Positions 1-9,144 of a stretch of 64,000 nt of DNA are shown one piece after another (position 1 is the stretch's first letter; each line of letters opens with the position of its first letter). This stretch comes from Vicinamibacteria bacterium (lineage in GTDB: Bacteria; Acidobacteriota; Vicinamibacteria; Marinacidobacterales; Marinacidobacteraceae), in the NCBI GenBank assembly GCA_963668695.2, contig CAXXLQ010000004.1:2144001-2208000 (forward strand), in the 5' to 3' direction. Made by a program: the position numbers and the translations under genes. The notes below the pieces were generated by a model that was not told where the DNA came from, ran no database searches, and saw only the letters and a program-made list of their open reading frames with translations.

Positions 1-1
1 C

Positions 2-859
2 TTGAGGCCGGGCTCGTGGTCATTACGGACCGTGCGAACTGCGATCCTGGAGGGACTTTCAGCCTGGAACGAGGTTCCGACCTCCACCGCACGCGCCGAG
101 CTCTCACTGGAGGCCTTGGTCGCCGACCGGACCGGGGTCCACGGCGTGAATGAGATCGGCTTCTCGGCCGAACTCGACGGATTCCACCGTCCCGGCACCA
201 CGCGCATCTTCGGTGATTGGAGCGGGGGGATCCACGAGTGCGATATCGCCCTGAATCCGAACGGCTGGGAGGGCGAGCGGACTGAGGTTCGTCCGTGGTT
301 CGAGTACGTGCTGATGCACGAGATCGGACACTGCCTTGGCCTCCACCACAGCGAGCCGTACCCGTTGGCCGACTGGGAGGGAGCGGTGCCCAGCACGTGG
401 TCGCCCCCGCCGCTGATGGCGCACTCCTGGACCGCGGTGCCCGAGCTCGCGGAAGATGACCGCACCGGCCTGACGCTGCTCTATCCGACCCTGTTCTCGA
501 GTCTGTCGCACGGAGCGGTCGCGGGACGCGTAGTGCTGGAGGGGGCTCCCGTCCGCTTCGGCTACGTCCAGGCGTTCCGGACGGGAATCCCGACGGGCGC
601 CGGGCCGGGAACGTTCACCGACGAGAACGGCGAGTTCCTGCTCGAGGGGCTGCTGCCCGGGTCGTGGCTGCTGTGGATGCACCCCCTGCTGATCACCCAT
701 TCCAACCCGCATCCGCGGCTGGTGCTGCAGGCGCCGGCGGCGTCGCTCGGCCGGAACGCGATCCGCGACCAGTGGCGCTGGGTGACCGCCACCGCGGGAG
801 ACACCCTGGTCATCTCGGACATCGAGGCGGTCCGGGGGCGGCGGGTGCCGCCGTCGTGA
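2..859 (+). CDS. Matrixin-like (M10-type) zinc metalloprotease with C-terminal carboxypeptidase-regulatory-like domain; 5' end outside window
   Basis: HEIGHCLGLHH (HExxHxxGxxH), Met-turn LMAH, then GAVAGRV...FTDENGEFLLEGLLPG beta-sandwich; paralog of 29081-30109. Confidence 0.8.
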   Translation: MRPGSWSLRTVRTAILEGLSAWNEVPTSTARAELSLEALVADRTGVHGVNEIGFSAELDGFHRPGTTRIFGDWSGGIHECDIALNPNGWEGERTEVRPWFEYVLMHEIGHCLGLHHSEPYPLADWEGAVPSTWSPPPLMAHSWTAVPELAEDDRTGLTLLYPTLFSSLSHGAVAGRVVLEGAPVRFGYVQAFRTGIPTGAGPGTFTDENGEFLLEGLLPGSWLLWMHPLLITHSNPHPRLVLQAPAASLGRNAIRDQWRWVTATAGDTLVISDIEAVRGRRVPPS

Positions 860-2358
860 GCGGGAGGGGAGGCGTCCGCCGGGCCGCCGCGCTGGTTCTG
901 GCCCTCTCCTGGGCCCTGGCGTTCGCCGGCTGCGAGGGGGACGGCGGCGGCTCGCCGGCGGCCCCCACTCCGGCTTTGGCGGCCGAGGCTTCGGCGCCCG
1001 AGGCGCCGCCGCCCGAGGCGTCGCCGCCCCGGACCCCCGCTGCCCCGGTCACGCTCCGCGTGGCGCAGGCCGGCCCGTCCGGGGGGACCACCGGGGCGGA
1101 GCCCAACCAGGTGGTGGGCCCGGCGGATCCGGTCACGCTGGTGGACGGGGGTTCGGGACGGCATGTTCCCCTGGATCGGCTCTTCAGCGGCGGCGACCCG
1201 GGCACCGTGGAGGTGACGTCGGAAGACGAAACGGTGGTGACGGCGCAGTTCGTGAGCGACGCCGCGCCGCCTTACGTGAACATCGCGCCGGCCGGTCCCG
1301 GAGAGACGACGGTAGTGGTCACGGCGGCCACCGCGGCCGGGTCCGCGACGCAGCGGATCTCGGCGACCGTCGAGGCGGCCGAAGCCCCTCGCGTGATCGG
1401 CGAGATCCCGCCCGCCGTGCTGGTGGTCGGGGCGCGGGGCATCCACTGGAGCCTCGACGCCGTCTTCGAGCCGGCCGGGCTCCGGGTGGAGGTCGAGTCG
1501 CCGGACGATGACGTGGTACTCGCGGAGGGGGTGGACGGCTACGGCGGGAGCCTGACGCTGGCGCCGGTGGGGCCGGGAGAGACCTCCGTGGTGGTGACGG
1601 CGAGGAACGCCGCCGGCCACGCCGACGCCACGATGGCGGTGACCGTGCTCGACAAGCTGCGCATCGGGCTCGCGAGCCGGGTGGGGGCCGCCGGGGGCGG
1701 GATCCGGCTTGCCGAGGGAGCGCGGCTGCGCCTGGAGATCCGGCCGCAGGAACGGGCGCTGGCAGCCCACGCCCCGGGAGTGGTGACGTTTCGCGTCGTG
1801 AGCGAGGGCCCGGAGGGCCAGGTGGAGCTTCCCGAGACGGTCAGCGCCGGCCGGCTCGGGGACTTCAACGAACGGACCGCGTTTGCCGTCGAGGCGCTCC
1901 GCGACGAGACCGCCGGCGAAGAGGAGGCGGCCTATTCCATTTCCCTCGCGCCGGAGGCCGAGGGCCTGCCGTCCTGGATGGAGATCGTTCCGGACGAGAT
2001 CTCGCTGGTCGTCGTGGACTCGCCCGCCGCCGACTGCTCCCGGCTGGCGGTGGACGGCGCCATCCGCCAGGTAACGGGCGGCAGCGTTCGCGGGACCGTG
2101 ACCATCCAGGCGCCCCATCCGGATACGTCGCTGAATTTCATCTCGCCCTACGTGGAGCGGCCCCGGCAGGCCGCGGTCTGGCGTACCGCGGCCGCCTACG
2201 TGTTTCCCGAGGCGTTCCCGTATCAGGAGATGCCGGACGGGTTCGAGCAGATCGCGCGCCTCCGCTGGTGGGACGAAGAACTGCGCTTCACGGTCGAAGC
2301 CCCCGGCTGCGACCCGATCGAGATGGTCTGCGACGAGCTCGGCTGCGACGTGGAATAG
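856..2358 (+). CDS. Lipoprotein with Ig-like repeats and Cys-containing C-terminal domain
   Basis: GTG at 856 overlaps upstream TGA (GTGA); lipobox LAFAGC; two repeats ending APxGPGETxVVVTA as in 21469-25086. Confidence 0.7.
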   Translation: MSGRGGVRRAAALVLALSWALAFAGCEGDGGGSPAAPTPALAAEASAPEAPPPEASPPRTPAAPVTLRVAQAGPSGGTTGAEPNQVVGPADPVTLVDGGSGRHVPLDRLFSGGDPGTVEVTSEDETVVTAQFVSDAAPPYVNIAPAGPGETTVVVTAATAAGSATQRISATVEAAEAPRVIGEIPPAVLVVGARGIHWSLDAVFEPAGLRVEVESPDDDVVLAEGVDGYGGSLTLAPVGPGETSVVVTARNAAGHADATMAVTVLDKLRIGLASRVGAAGGGIRLAEGARLRLEIRPQERALAAHAPGVVTFRVVSEGPEGQVELPETVSAGRLGDFNERTAFAVEALRDETAGEEEAAYSISLAPEAEGLPSWMEIVPDEISLVVVDSPAADCSRLAVDGAIRQVTGGSVRGTVTIQAPHPDTSLNFISPYVERPRQAAVWRTAAAYVFPEAFPYQEMPDGFEQIARLRWWDEELRFTVEAPGCDPIEMVCDELGCDVE

Positions 2359-2429
2359 CGGGGCCGGAGCACCGGGCCCTTCCGTTCCCTGCGAGTCCGA
2401 GGCGCGCTGGCGATCCGCTCGGTTCGGCC

Positions 2430-2912
2430 TTCACCCCGATCTCCATTCCTGTCGTGGCGCCCACCGACGACGTTGCCGGCGAGCCCGACGCCTCCTACTC
2501 CATCTCCCTGGCCCCGGTGCCCGGACTCCCGTCGTGGGTCGAGTTGAGTGAGACGCCGGTTCGGGTGGTGGTCGTGGATTCTCCGGCCGCCGCCTGTGAG
2601 GACCTGGAGGTGCTGGCCACGGTGGATCGCGGCCCGGGCGCCGGCACGCTTGGAACCATCGTCATCCAATCGCCCCATCGGGACACCTCGGTGTCCATCG
2701 CGGCGCCGTACTTGGTGCGCCCGACAGGGCAATATCCACTGGCCACCCACTTGGTCCCGGAGCAACTTCCGTTGCGTGAGACAGCAGACGGGTTCGAGCA
2801 AACCGTCCGGCTGCGTTGGTGGGGCGGCGACCTGCGGTTGGCGGTTGAAGCCCCGGGCTGCGAGCCGGTCCAGGTTGTCTGCGACAGGTTCGCCTGCGAC
2901 GTGGAGGAGTAG
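2430..2912 (+). pseudogene. Orphan, diverged second copy of the C-terminal domain of the upstream lipoprotein
   Basis: YSISLAP..GLPSW..VVVDSPAA.C ... GFEQ..RLRWW...VEAPGC.P...VCD...CDVE aligns with the end of 856-2358; no convincing start or signal peptide; 5' boundary approximate. Confidence 0.65.
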
Positions 2913-3141
2913 GGCGGGGAGTCGGCAAGGAGCGCCGGCCAGTTCTCCCGGCGAGGGCCTTCAGACCGGCATCGCTCCCCGCAGGGAAGCGAAACTCCCG
3001 TCGTTGTTCCCTGTATGGCACCGCAGAGGCCAGGAGCCGCATGCCGCGAAACTCCCGTCGCTACGTTCGCCCATAGCTGGGACCCCCATCCGCAGGCCGC
3101 GAAACTCCCGTCGCCAGTCGCGTGAGAGACTCCCGGCAGCC

Positions 3142-4443
3142 GTGGTTTTTCGCGACGCTTTCCCGCTGATCGGCCGTGGGGTTCTCCTTGCCGCGGCCCT
3201 GAGCGCGGTTGGGGCGACTGCCGGCCCTGCCGCCGAGGTGACTGCCGGCCCCGCGGCCGCGCAGCCCGCCGCCGCCAACTCGGCGGACGAACTCGCCGCC
3301 GCCGAGACGGCGGGGTCCCAACTCCTCTTCGACTACGACTTCGACGAGGCCCTCGGGCACTACGCGCGGGTCAGCGAGCGGTTTCCGGAACATCCCACCG
3401 GTCCCTACAACCTCGCCACCACCATCTGGATCCGGCTCGCCCAGCGCAGTAACGGGATGCGGGGCTCGACCCTCCGGAACGACCGGTTCTTCTCGCAGCA
3501 GGGCCGCCCGGAAACCACCCCGGAAGAGGTGGCGGCCTTCCGCGAGCAGCTCGAGGAGGCATACCGCCGGGCCCAAGCCTTGCTGGAACGCGACCCGGAC
3601 GACGTGGAAGCGCTCTATTACCTCGGCGCCACCGAGGCGCTCGAATCCGGCTGGGCGATGATCGTGGACCGCGCCTGGTTGCGCGCCGCCCGCACGATCC
3701 GGCGCGGGGTGCGCCGCCATCGGCGGGTCCAGGAACTCGATCCCGACTTCCGGGACGCCTACGCCGTCCCGGGGGCCTACGAGTACGGGATCGCCGCCCT
3801 GCCGCGCCCGCTGCGGATGCTCGTTTTCCTTTTCGGGATGCGCGGCGACCGAGAGGGCGGCCTGCGGGGGGTGCAGATCACCGCGAACGAGGGCCGGCGG
3901 GCGCGCTGGGGCGGCCTTTGGACCCATGCGCTCCTGATGCAGCGCGAGGAGCGGGAGGACGAGGCGCTCGCGGCGGTGCGGCGGCTGCGGCGGCAGTTTC
4001 CCAAGAACCCGGACTTCGCGCTGGACGAGGTCAGCATCCTGACGGCGCGGGGCGAGTTCGGGAAGGCCCGCGCGTACGCCGAGGTCGTCCTTGAGCGCCG
4101 CGACGCCGGCTACGGGAACTACCGCCTCGCGCTGCCGGGTCTCGCGGAGGCGCGGCTCGGGGAGGCGCTCCTGTTCGCGGAGCGCTGGGAGGAGGCGGAG
4201 GCCGTCCTGACCCGCGGTCTCGAAGCCGGGCGGAACGATGCGGTCCGGGCGATCCTGGCCTTCCGGCGCGGCAACGCCCGGGACGGCGCCGGGAGACGGC
4301 CGCAAGCGCTGTCCGACTACGGCGAGGTCATCCGGATCGACGCGGATGACGTCCTGAGCGACTGGGCGAAGGACCTGCGGCGGGCTCCCTGGCCGGACGC
4401 CGCGCCCGACGGATCGCACCCGGGACGGCGCGCGGCCGAGTAG
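3142..4443 (+). CDS. Secreted tetratricopeptide-repeat-like protein
   Basis: Signal-like GVLLAAALSAVGATAG; helical repeats (DPDDVEALYYLG, ELDPDFRDAY, FPKNPDF); start uncertain. Confidence 0.7.
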   Translation: MVFRDAFPLIGRGVLLAAALSAVGATAGPAAEVTAGPAAAQPAAANSADELAAAETAGSQLLFDYDFDEALGHYARVSERFPEHPTGPYNLATTIWIRLAQRSNGMRGSTLRNDRFFSQQGRPETTPEEVAAFREQLEEAYRRAQALLERDPDDVEALYYLGATEALESGWAMIVDRAWLRAARTIRRGVRRHRRVQELDPDFRDAYAVPGAYEYGIAALPRPLRMLVFLFGMRGDREGGLRGVQITANEGRRARWGGLWTHALLMQREEREDEALAAVRRLRRQFPKNPDFALDEVSILTARGEFGKARAYAEVVLERRDAGYGNYRLALPGLAEARLGEALLFAERWEEAEAVLTRGLEAGRNDAVRAILAFRRGNARDGAGRRPQALSDYGEVIRIDADDVLSDWAKDLRRAPWPDAAPDGSHPGRRAAE

Positions 4444-4465
4444 CTAGGGGGCGGGTTTCGCTCAG

Positions 4466-4717
4466 CAGCCCGTGGATGAAGTGACGTGAGCGCCGAGACC
4501 GGCCAGTTCTCCCGGTGGGGGCGAGGCGCCCGGCTGACAAGACGCGTGAGGGAGGAGCCCCCACCGGGAGAACTGGCCCGAGTGTATTCCGACCGAAACG
4601 CAACGCAGAGCGACGCGAAGCGCCAGTTCTCCCGGTGGGGGGGCGGTTCAGCCGGGATGCATCGCCGGTCGAGCCCCCACCGGGAGAACTGGGCCGCGTG
4701 ACTTTGTCCACAGGCTG
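4466..4717 (-). mobile_element. Family A MITE-like element, 252 bp, 4 inserted modules
   Basis: Terminal inverted repeats CAGCCCGTGG/CCACAGGCTG; abuts CTAG, which supplies the stop codon of 4718-5176. Confidence 0.8.
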
Positions 4718-5176
4718 CTAGCTTGGCGGTCCTGACTGCGAGGGCTTACGAGTCGCCAGAAACGCCGTCGCCAATCCCACCACGGTAGTCGTTCCGACAG
4801 CGCCGGCTGCCAGGGCATGTCCCAAGTGTCCGAGCCAAACAGCGACCCCCAATGCCGACACCACGGAAATCAGCCCGACGATCTGGCCGCGCCGAGTTGC
4901 CAACGCGACGCTTCTGGCGGCTTCTTTCGCCAGCTCATGCGCAACCATCTGCTCTCGTTCCGCCATCTGAAGGATTCGTTCGGCGGCTCCCTCGACGATC
5001 CGTTCGTATTCCCGAAGGTCAGTCGGGGGCGGAAGCGGACCCCTGAATTCCTGGATCCGAACAGTCGTGGAGGCTGTTACTTCGGGTGGTTGGGGCGGAG
5101 CGTTAGTGAGCCGTCGGAGACTCTTTCCTTGCCCGGGTTTGCTTCCGGTGGCCGATCTCGGCATCGCGGTAACCAT
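4718..5176 (-). CDS. DUF2335-family membrane protein
   Basis: FRGPLPPPTDLREYERIVEGAAERILQMAEREQ followed by two hydrophobic helices. Confidence 0.8.
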   Translation of the reverse strand: MVTAMPRSATGSKPGQGKSLRRLTNAPPQPPEVTASTTVRIQEFRGPLPPPTDLREYERIVEGAAERILQMAEREQMVAHELAKEAARSVALATRRGQIVGLISVVSALGVAVWLGHLGHALAAGAVGTTTVVGLATAFLATRKPSQSGPPS

Positions 5177-5336
5177 CCATCGCGTTACGGAGGTGTCCCC
5201 CCACTCGTTGCCAATGTTCGGCGAGCCGGTCTTCCGCGCTCCCGGTCAGTAGAAGGTCCTCATAACGCTGCGGGCCAGGGTAGATGTTGAGGAGGCTGCC
5301 AACCCCCCGAAGCATTGCCCGCACTTTCTCGGCCAT
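5103..5336 (-). CDS. Small protein resembling those usually found upstream of DUF2335 genes
   Basis: GVGSLLNIYP...EDRLAEHWQRVGGHLRNAM pattern; overlaps the DUF2335 start. Confidence 0.6.
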   Translation of the reverse strand: MAEKVRAMLRGVGSLLNIYPGPQRYEDLLLTGSAEDRLAEHWQRVGGHLRNAMDGYRDAEIGHRKQTRARKESPTAH

Positions 5337-5420
5337 GGGAGCCTCGATCCTAGCCTGCTTCAGGCGTGCCGGCGTCTTGCACACAGGGCGCGCTGGCGTT
5401 GCCGGCCGCCGCTGAACCAG

Positions 5421-6011
5421 TTGCCGCCTGATCCCGGTGCGGCCAATTGGCCGGGAGCCGCCCGGCAGGGGTCACAGCCGGGGCGACGGGCGGCCAACCA
5501 AGGGGCGGGCACGGCTCCGGCCTCGGCAGTAACATTGAGGAGCGCTTTGACAGCGAGACGCATGGCACCGGCACTGGACGTTACCGAGGCACCCAAAGAG
5601 GTCCCCCCCCGTACCGGAATCGACATCCGCAGCCAGCTCGATTCGATGCGGACGATGAAGGACGGCTGGCTTGAAGGAGGCGGTGCCGCCCCGAGTCCCG
5701 GCGGACTCGACTGGCTCGCCCAAGTTTTTGCGACGTACTACCCGGACGATTGCCCGCGGCCGTACCTCTATCCGACTGAAGATGGGGGAGTGCAGGCGGA
5801 GTGGTCGCTGGAGCAATGGACTGTGTCCTGGGACATCAACCTTGAATCACGTTCGGGCGATTGGTTCGCCCTGAACCGGAAGACCGACCAAGCCGTCGAG
5901 AAGCCTCTCCGTTGTGACGAGGCCTCCGACTGGCGGTGGTTGGTCCAACAGATTCGGGAGTTGTCCCGGGGCCTTGAATGTCGGGTGCAACCCTCCTCTG
6001 GCGACAGGTAA
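5421..6011 (+). CDS. Hypothetical protein (possibly a fragment), candidate antitoxin-like partner
   Basis: Protein-like core MKDGWLEGGG..P...LDWL...PYLYPTEDGGVQAEW; true start uncertain. Confidence 0.55.
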   Translation: MPPDPGAANWPGAARQGSQPGRRAANQGAGTAPASAVTLRSALTARRMAPALDVTEAPKEVPPRTGIDIRSQLDSMRTMKDGWLEGGGAAPSPGGLDWLAQVFATYYPDDCPRPYLYPTEDGGVQAEWSLEQWTVSWDINLESRSGDWFALNRKTDQAVEKPLRCDEASDWRWLVQQIRELSRGLECRVQPSSGDR

Positions 6012-6445
6012 ATCCCCACTGGGTCCGCGCCGGGAGGGTGACCTCCCAGGCGTGGAGCAGCCTGTGGTGAAACCCACGCGGCCCAGTTCTCCCGGTGGGG
6101 GCTCGGCCGGCGATCCACCACCGGCTGTTCACCGCGTCGCTTCGCGCCGCTCATCGTTGCGCTTCGGTCGAAATACACCCGGGCCAGTTCTCCCGGTGGG
6201 GGCTCCTCCCTCGCGCGCCTTGTCAGCCGGGCGCCTCCCCGGCCTCGGCGCTCACGCGGGTTCCACTACAGACTGCTTAACCGACCAGGAAGGACAACAA
6301 CAAGTTGTCGGTGGACGACGGGGACCTGGTGTCGGCCCAACACGCGTATCGGACCTTCACCGAAGACTACCCGTCCGCGGGCGTCGCCGGCCGTCGCTGC
6401 TGAACCAGTGGCCGCTGAAAACGTTCCCCGGCTTGCGCTGACCGG
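5978..6445 (+). pseudogene. Small gene interrupted by a family A MITE
   Basis: ATG 5978 gives MSGATLLWRQVNPHWVRAGRVTSQAW; after the MITE, 6281 resumes PTRKDNNKLSVDDGDLVSAQHAYRTF...SAGV; not in the ORF track; 3' end approximate. Confidence 0.6.
6058..6275 (+). mobile_element. Family A MITE-like element, 218 bp, 2 modules
   Basis: CAGCCTGTGG...CTACAGACTG termini with conserved internal CGTTGCGCTTCGGTCGAAATACAC. Confidence 0.8.
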
Positions 6446-6514
6446 ATGCAGCTCAAGGCGGCGGGCGCGTCGGCAGGGCTCTCCTCTCGCGGTCCGCCTC
6501 GGGCCGAACCCCTC

Positions 6515-6766
6515 CTACAACTGCGGGATCCTGGCTTTCGCTTCGGACAGCTTGCCGAAGAACCCAAACATGTTCTTGACGTGGAACAGTGAGATCTCCG
6601 GGTTGGTGCGGCCGTGCGCCCCCTTGGGTAGCGCCACGAAGGCTCTGTCTCGCAGGGCCGGGCAGTAGATGTGGATCCCGTGTTCCTTTAGCTTCATCTC
6701 CCAGCCGGGCAGAAGCTCATCCATCCATCCTGTGAGCTGGTTCCAGCGGATCTGGCCGGAACCCAC
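6515..6766 (-). CDS. HicA-like small basic protein (putative toxin)
   Basis: 83 aa, GWEMKLKEHGIHIY...LPKGAHG...EISLFHVKNM resembles the HicA G-W/H...P.H...EI layout; resemblance only. Confidence 0.45.
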   Translation of the reverse strand: MGSGQIRWNQLTGWMDELLPGWEMKLKEHGIHIYCPALRDRAFVALPKGAHGRTNPEISLFHVKNMFGFFGKLSEAKARIPQL

Positions 6767-6785
6767 CGCCAGCTCTCCGCGGCGG

Positions 6786-7274
6786 CTAGGCCGCCATCGC
6801 CATTTCGAGTGCCTGGGCCGCGACCCTGGGCTCCGGATTCATGGCCGGCGAAGACGACGAGGGCAGCAGATTCTCAATGTTGATCTCGGCGGGAAGAGCT
6901 TCCGTTTCGCGCCTGAGGTCTACCCCTTCGGCAGGGGTCGTTCCCGCCCGGATTCCGGTGCGCGCGTTCTCCCACTCCCGCACGCTCTCGTCATCGGTCG
7001 CCGTGATGAAATCCTTCGCTGCTTCTTCGAACTGCTGGAACGTGCCGGCGTCCTTGGCGAGATCGAACAGAGTTGCGGCAAGCCCGGCTCGGAAATCCAG
7101 ATAGGCGGAGTGCATGTCTTCGCCGCCTGCCGCCAACCCTCCGGGATTGACGCCGTAGATACAGGTCGCGCCGTACTCCTCCATGCAGGTGATCCGGCCC
7201 CGGATGCGGACATCGGCCACAAAGCCCTGTCCGTACACAGGAGTTCGGAACTGGAAATAGAGAGGGATCGTCAT
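6786..7274 (-). CDS. HicB-like protein (putative antitoxin)
   Basis: IYGVNPGGLAAGGEDMHSAYLDFRAGL resembles the HicB P.G...G.T.EEA helix motif; acidic; 19 bp upstream of the HicA-like ORF. Confidence 0.45.
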   Translation of the reverse strand: MTIPLYFQFRTPVYGQGFVADVRIRGRITCMEEYGATCIYGVNPGGLAAGGEDMHSAYLDFRAGLAATLFDLAKDAGTFQQFEEAAKDFITATDDESVREWENARTGIRAGTTPAEGVDLRRETEALPAEINIENLLPSSSSPAMNPEPRVAAQALEMAMAA

Positions 7275-7384
7275 CGGGCCGTTATTGGGGGGTCGCTGTT
7301 TACCCGATTGTATTGCGCGAGTCCAAACCGGTGCCGCGAAAGGCAAACGCTCCGTAGCGCCCAGCGGTTCCTATAATCGCCCGG

Positions 7385-8518
7385 ATGTCGCTCCGCCGCA
7401 CTCCGCTCCACGGCCTCCACCAGGAACTCGGCGGCCGGCTCGTTCCGTTCGCCGGCTGGGAGATGCCGGTGCAGTTTTCGGGAGTGGTCGCCGAGCACTT
7501 CGCGGTGCGGCAGGCGGCCGGGCTCTTCGACGTGAGCCACATGGGCGAGTTGCGGGTCACCGGGCCGGGGGCGCTGCCGCTGCTGCAGTCGCTGACCCCG
7601 AACGACGTCTCCCGGCTGGTGCCGGGGCGGGCGCAGTACTCGGCGCTCACCACCGACTCCGGCGGCTTCGTGGACGACATCATCGTTTACCGGCGCGGGG
7701 CAGAGTCCTTCCTGCTGGTCACGAACGCGGCGAACACGCCGAAGGACCTCGCCTGGATCCGGGAGCGGGGCGGCGCCGCCGCCGAGGCGGTCGAGGACCT
7801 CAGCGACGAGACCGCGCTGCTCGCGCTCCAGGGGCCGCGCTCCCCGGCGATCCTCCAGAAGCTCACCGACCTCGACCTCGCGGCGATCCGCTACTACCGG
7901 TTCGCCGAGGGGCGGATCGCCGGCGTCCCCGGGACCGTCGCCCGCATGGGATACACCGGGGAGGACGGCTTCGAGATCATGGTGCCGGCCGGCGAGGCGG
8001 AGGGGCTCGCCCGGCGCCTCCTGGAAGCGGGCGCGCCCGAGGGGCTCGTGCCTACCGGGCTCGGCGCCCGGGACACCCTGCGCCTCGAGGCCAAGATGGC
8101 GCTCCACGGGAACGACATCGACGAGGACCACTCCGTCGAAGAGGCGGATCTCGGCTGGATCGTGAAGCCCGACAAGGGCGACTTCGTCGGCCGCGCCGCG
8201 CTCGTGGCCCAGCGGGAGGGAGGCCTCTCCCGGAAACTCGTCGGCTTCGAGCTGCGCGGGCGGGGCGTGCCGCGCCACGGCTATCCCATTCGCGTGAACG
8301 GCGAGCCGTTCGGCGAAGTGACGAGCGGCGGCCACGCTCCCTTCCTGAAGAAGAGCATCGGCCTCGCCTATCTTCCCGCCGACGCCTGCGATCCCGGCCA
8401 GGCGTTCGAGGTCGAGATCCGGGGCCGTGCGGTTCCCGCCGAAGTGGTGCCTACGCCGTTCTACGTGCGGCCGGGAAAGAAAAAGAAGAAGAAACGCGCA
8501 GCCGTGGCTGCCTCCTGA
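7385..8518 (+). CDS. gcvT: Glycine cleavage system aminomethyltransferase T
   Basis: LRRTPLH..H..LGGRLVPFAGWEMPVQF, FDVSHMGE, RMGYTGEDGFE, GLGARDTLRLEA. Confidence 0.97.
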   Translation: MSLRRTPLHGLHQELGGRLVPFAGWEMPVQFSGVVAEHFAVRQAAGLFDVSHMGELRVTGPGALPLLQSLTPNDVSRLVPGRAQYSALTTDSGGFVDDIIVYRRGAESFLLVTNAANTPKDLAWIRERGGAAAEAVEDLSDETALLALQGPRSPAILQKLTDLDLAAIRYYRFAEGRIAGVPGTVARMGYTGEDGFEIMVPAGEAEGLARRLLEAGAPEGLVPTGLGARDTLRLEAKMALHGNDIDEDHSVEEADLGWIVKPDKGDFVGRAALVAQREGGLSRKLVGFELRGRGVPRHGYPIRVNGEPFGEVTSGGHAPFLKKSIGLAYLPADACDPGQAFEVEIRGRAVPAEVVPTPFYVRPGKKKKKKRAAVAAS

Positions 8519-8524
8519 CCTAAA

Positions 8525-8739
8525 CAGCCTGTGAACAAAGTCACGCGGCCCAGTTCTCCCGGTGGGGGCTCGGCTGGCGATGCATCCCGGCTGAACCGCG
8601 CCTCTTCGAGGCGCTCATCGTTGCGCTTCGGTCGAAATACACTCGGGCCAGTTCTCCCGGTGGGGGCTCCTCCCTCGCGCGCCTTGTCAGCCGGGCGCCT
8701 AGCCAGCCTCGGCGCTCACGCTACCTTGTCCACAGGCTG
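8525..8739 (+). mobile_element. Family A MITE-like element, 215 bp, 2 modules
   Basis: CAGCCTGTG...CACAGGCTG followed by TTAA; lies between gcvT and gcvH. Confidence 0.85.
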
Positions 8740-8754
8740 TTAACCGGAGACACG

Positions 8755-9144
8755 ATGATTCCTGACGATCTTTACTACAGCAAAGACCACGAGTGGCTGC
8801 GCCTCGAAGGGGACGGCATCGCCACCATCGGGATCACGGACCACGCCCAGCAGGAACTCGGCGACATCGTCTACGTGGAGCTTCCCGACTCGGACACGGC
8901 CCTCGAGGCCGACGAGGCCATGGGGAGCGTGGAGTCGGTGAAGGCCGTCTCCGAGATCTTCTGCCCGGTCGGCGGGACCGTGGCCGAAATCAACGACGCC
9001 CTCGAAGACGCCCCCGAGCAGGTCAACTCCGACCCCTACGGAGACGGCTGGCTCATCCGGCTGCGGCTGGAAGATCCGGGATCCCCGGCCGCGACCATGC
9101 TCTCCGCGGCCCAGTACGAGCAGCACGTCGCGAGCGACGACTGA
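8755..9144 (+). CDS. gcvH: Glycine cleavage system H protein
   Basis: YSKDHEW, GITDHAQQELGDIVYVELP, lipoyl site VESVKAVSE. Confidence 0.97.
   Translation: MIPDDLYYSKDHEWLRLEGDGIATIGITDHAQQELGDIVYVELPDSDTALEADEAMGSVESVKAVSEIFCPVGGTVAEINDALEDAPEQVNSDPYGDGWLIRLRLEDPGSPAATMLSAAQYEQHVASDD

Noticed and set aside
4501-4525. 21-nt module as sequencing adapter contamination
   Set aside because: It does not match adapters I recall, has point-variant copies (2940, 10248, 14126, 19936, 38245) and occupies homologous sites in several elements; a read-level check is still advisable.
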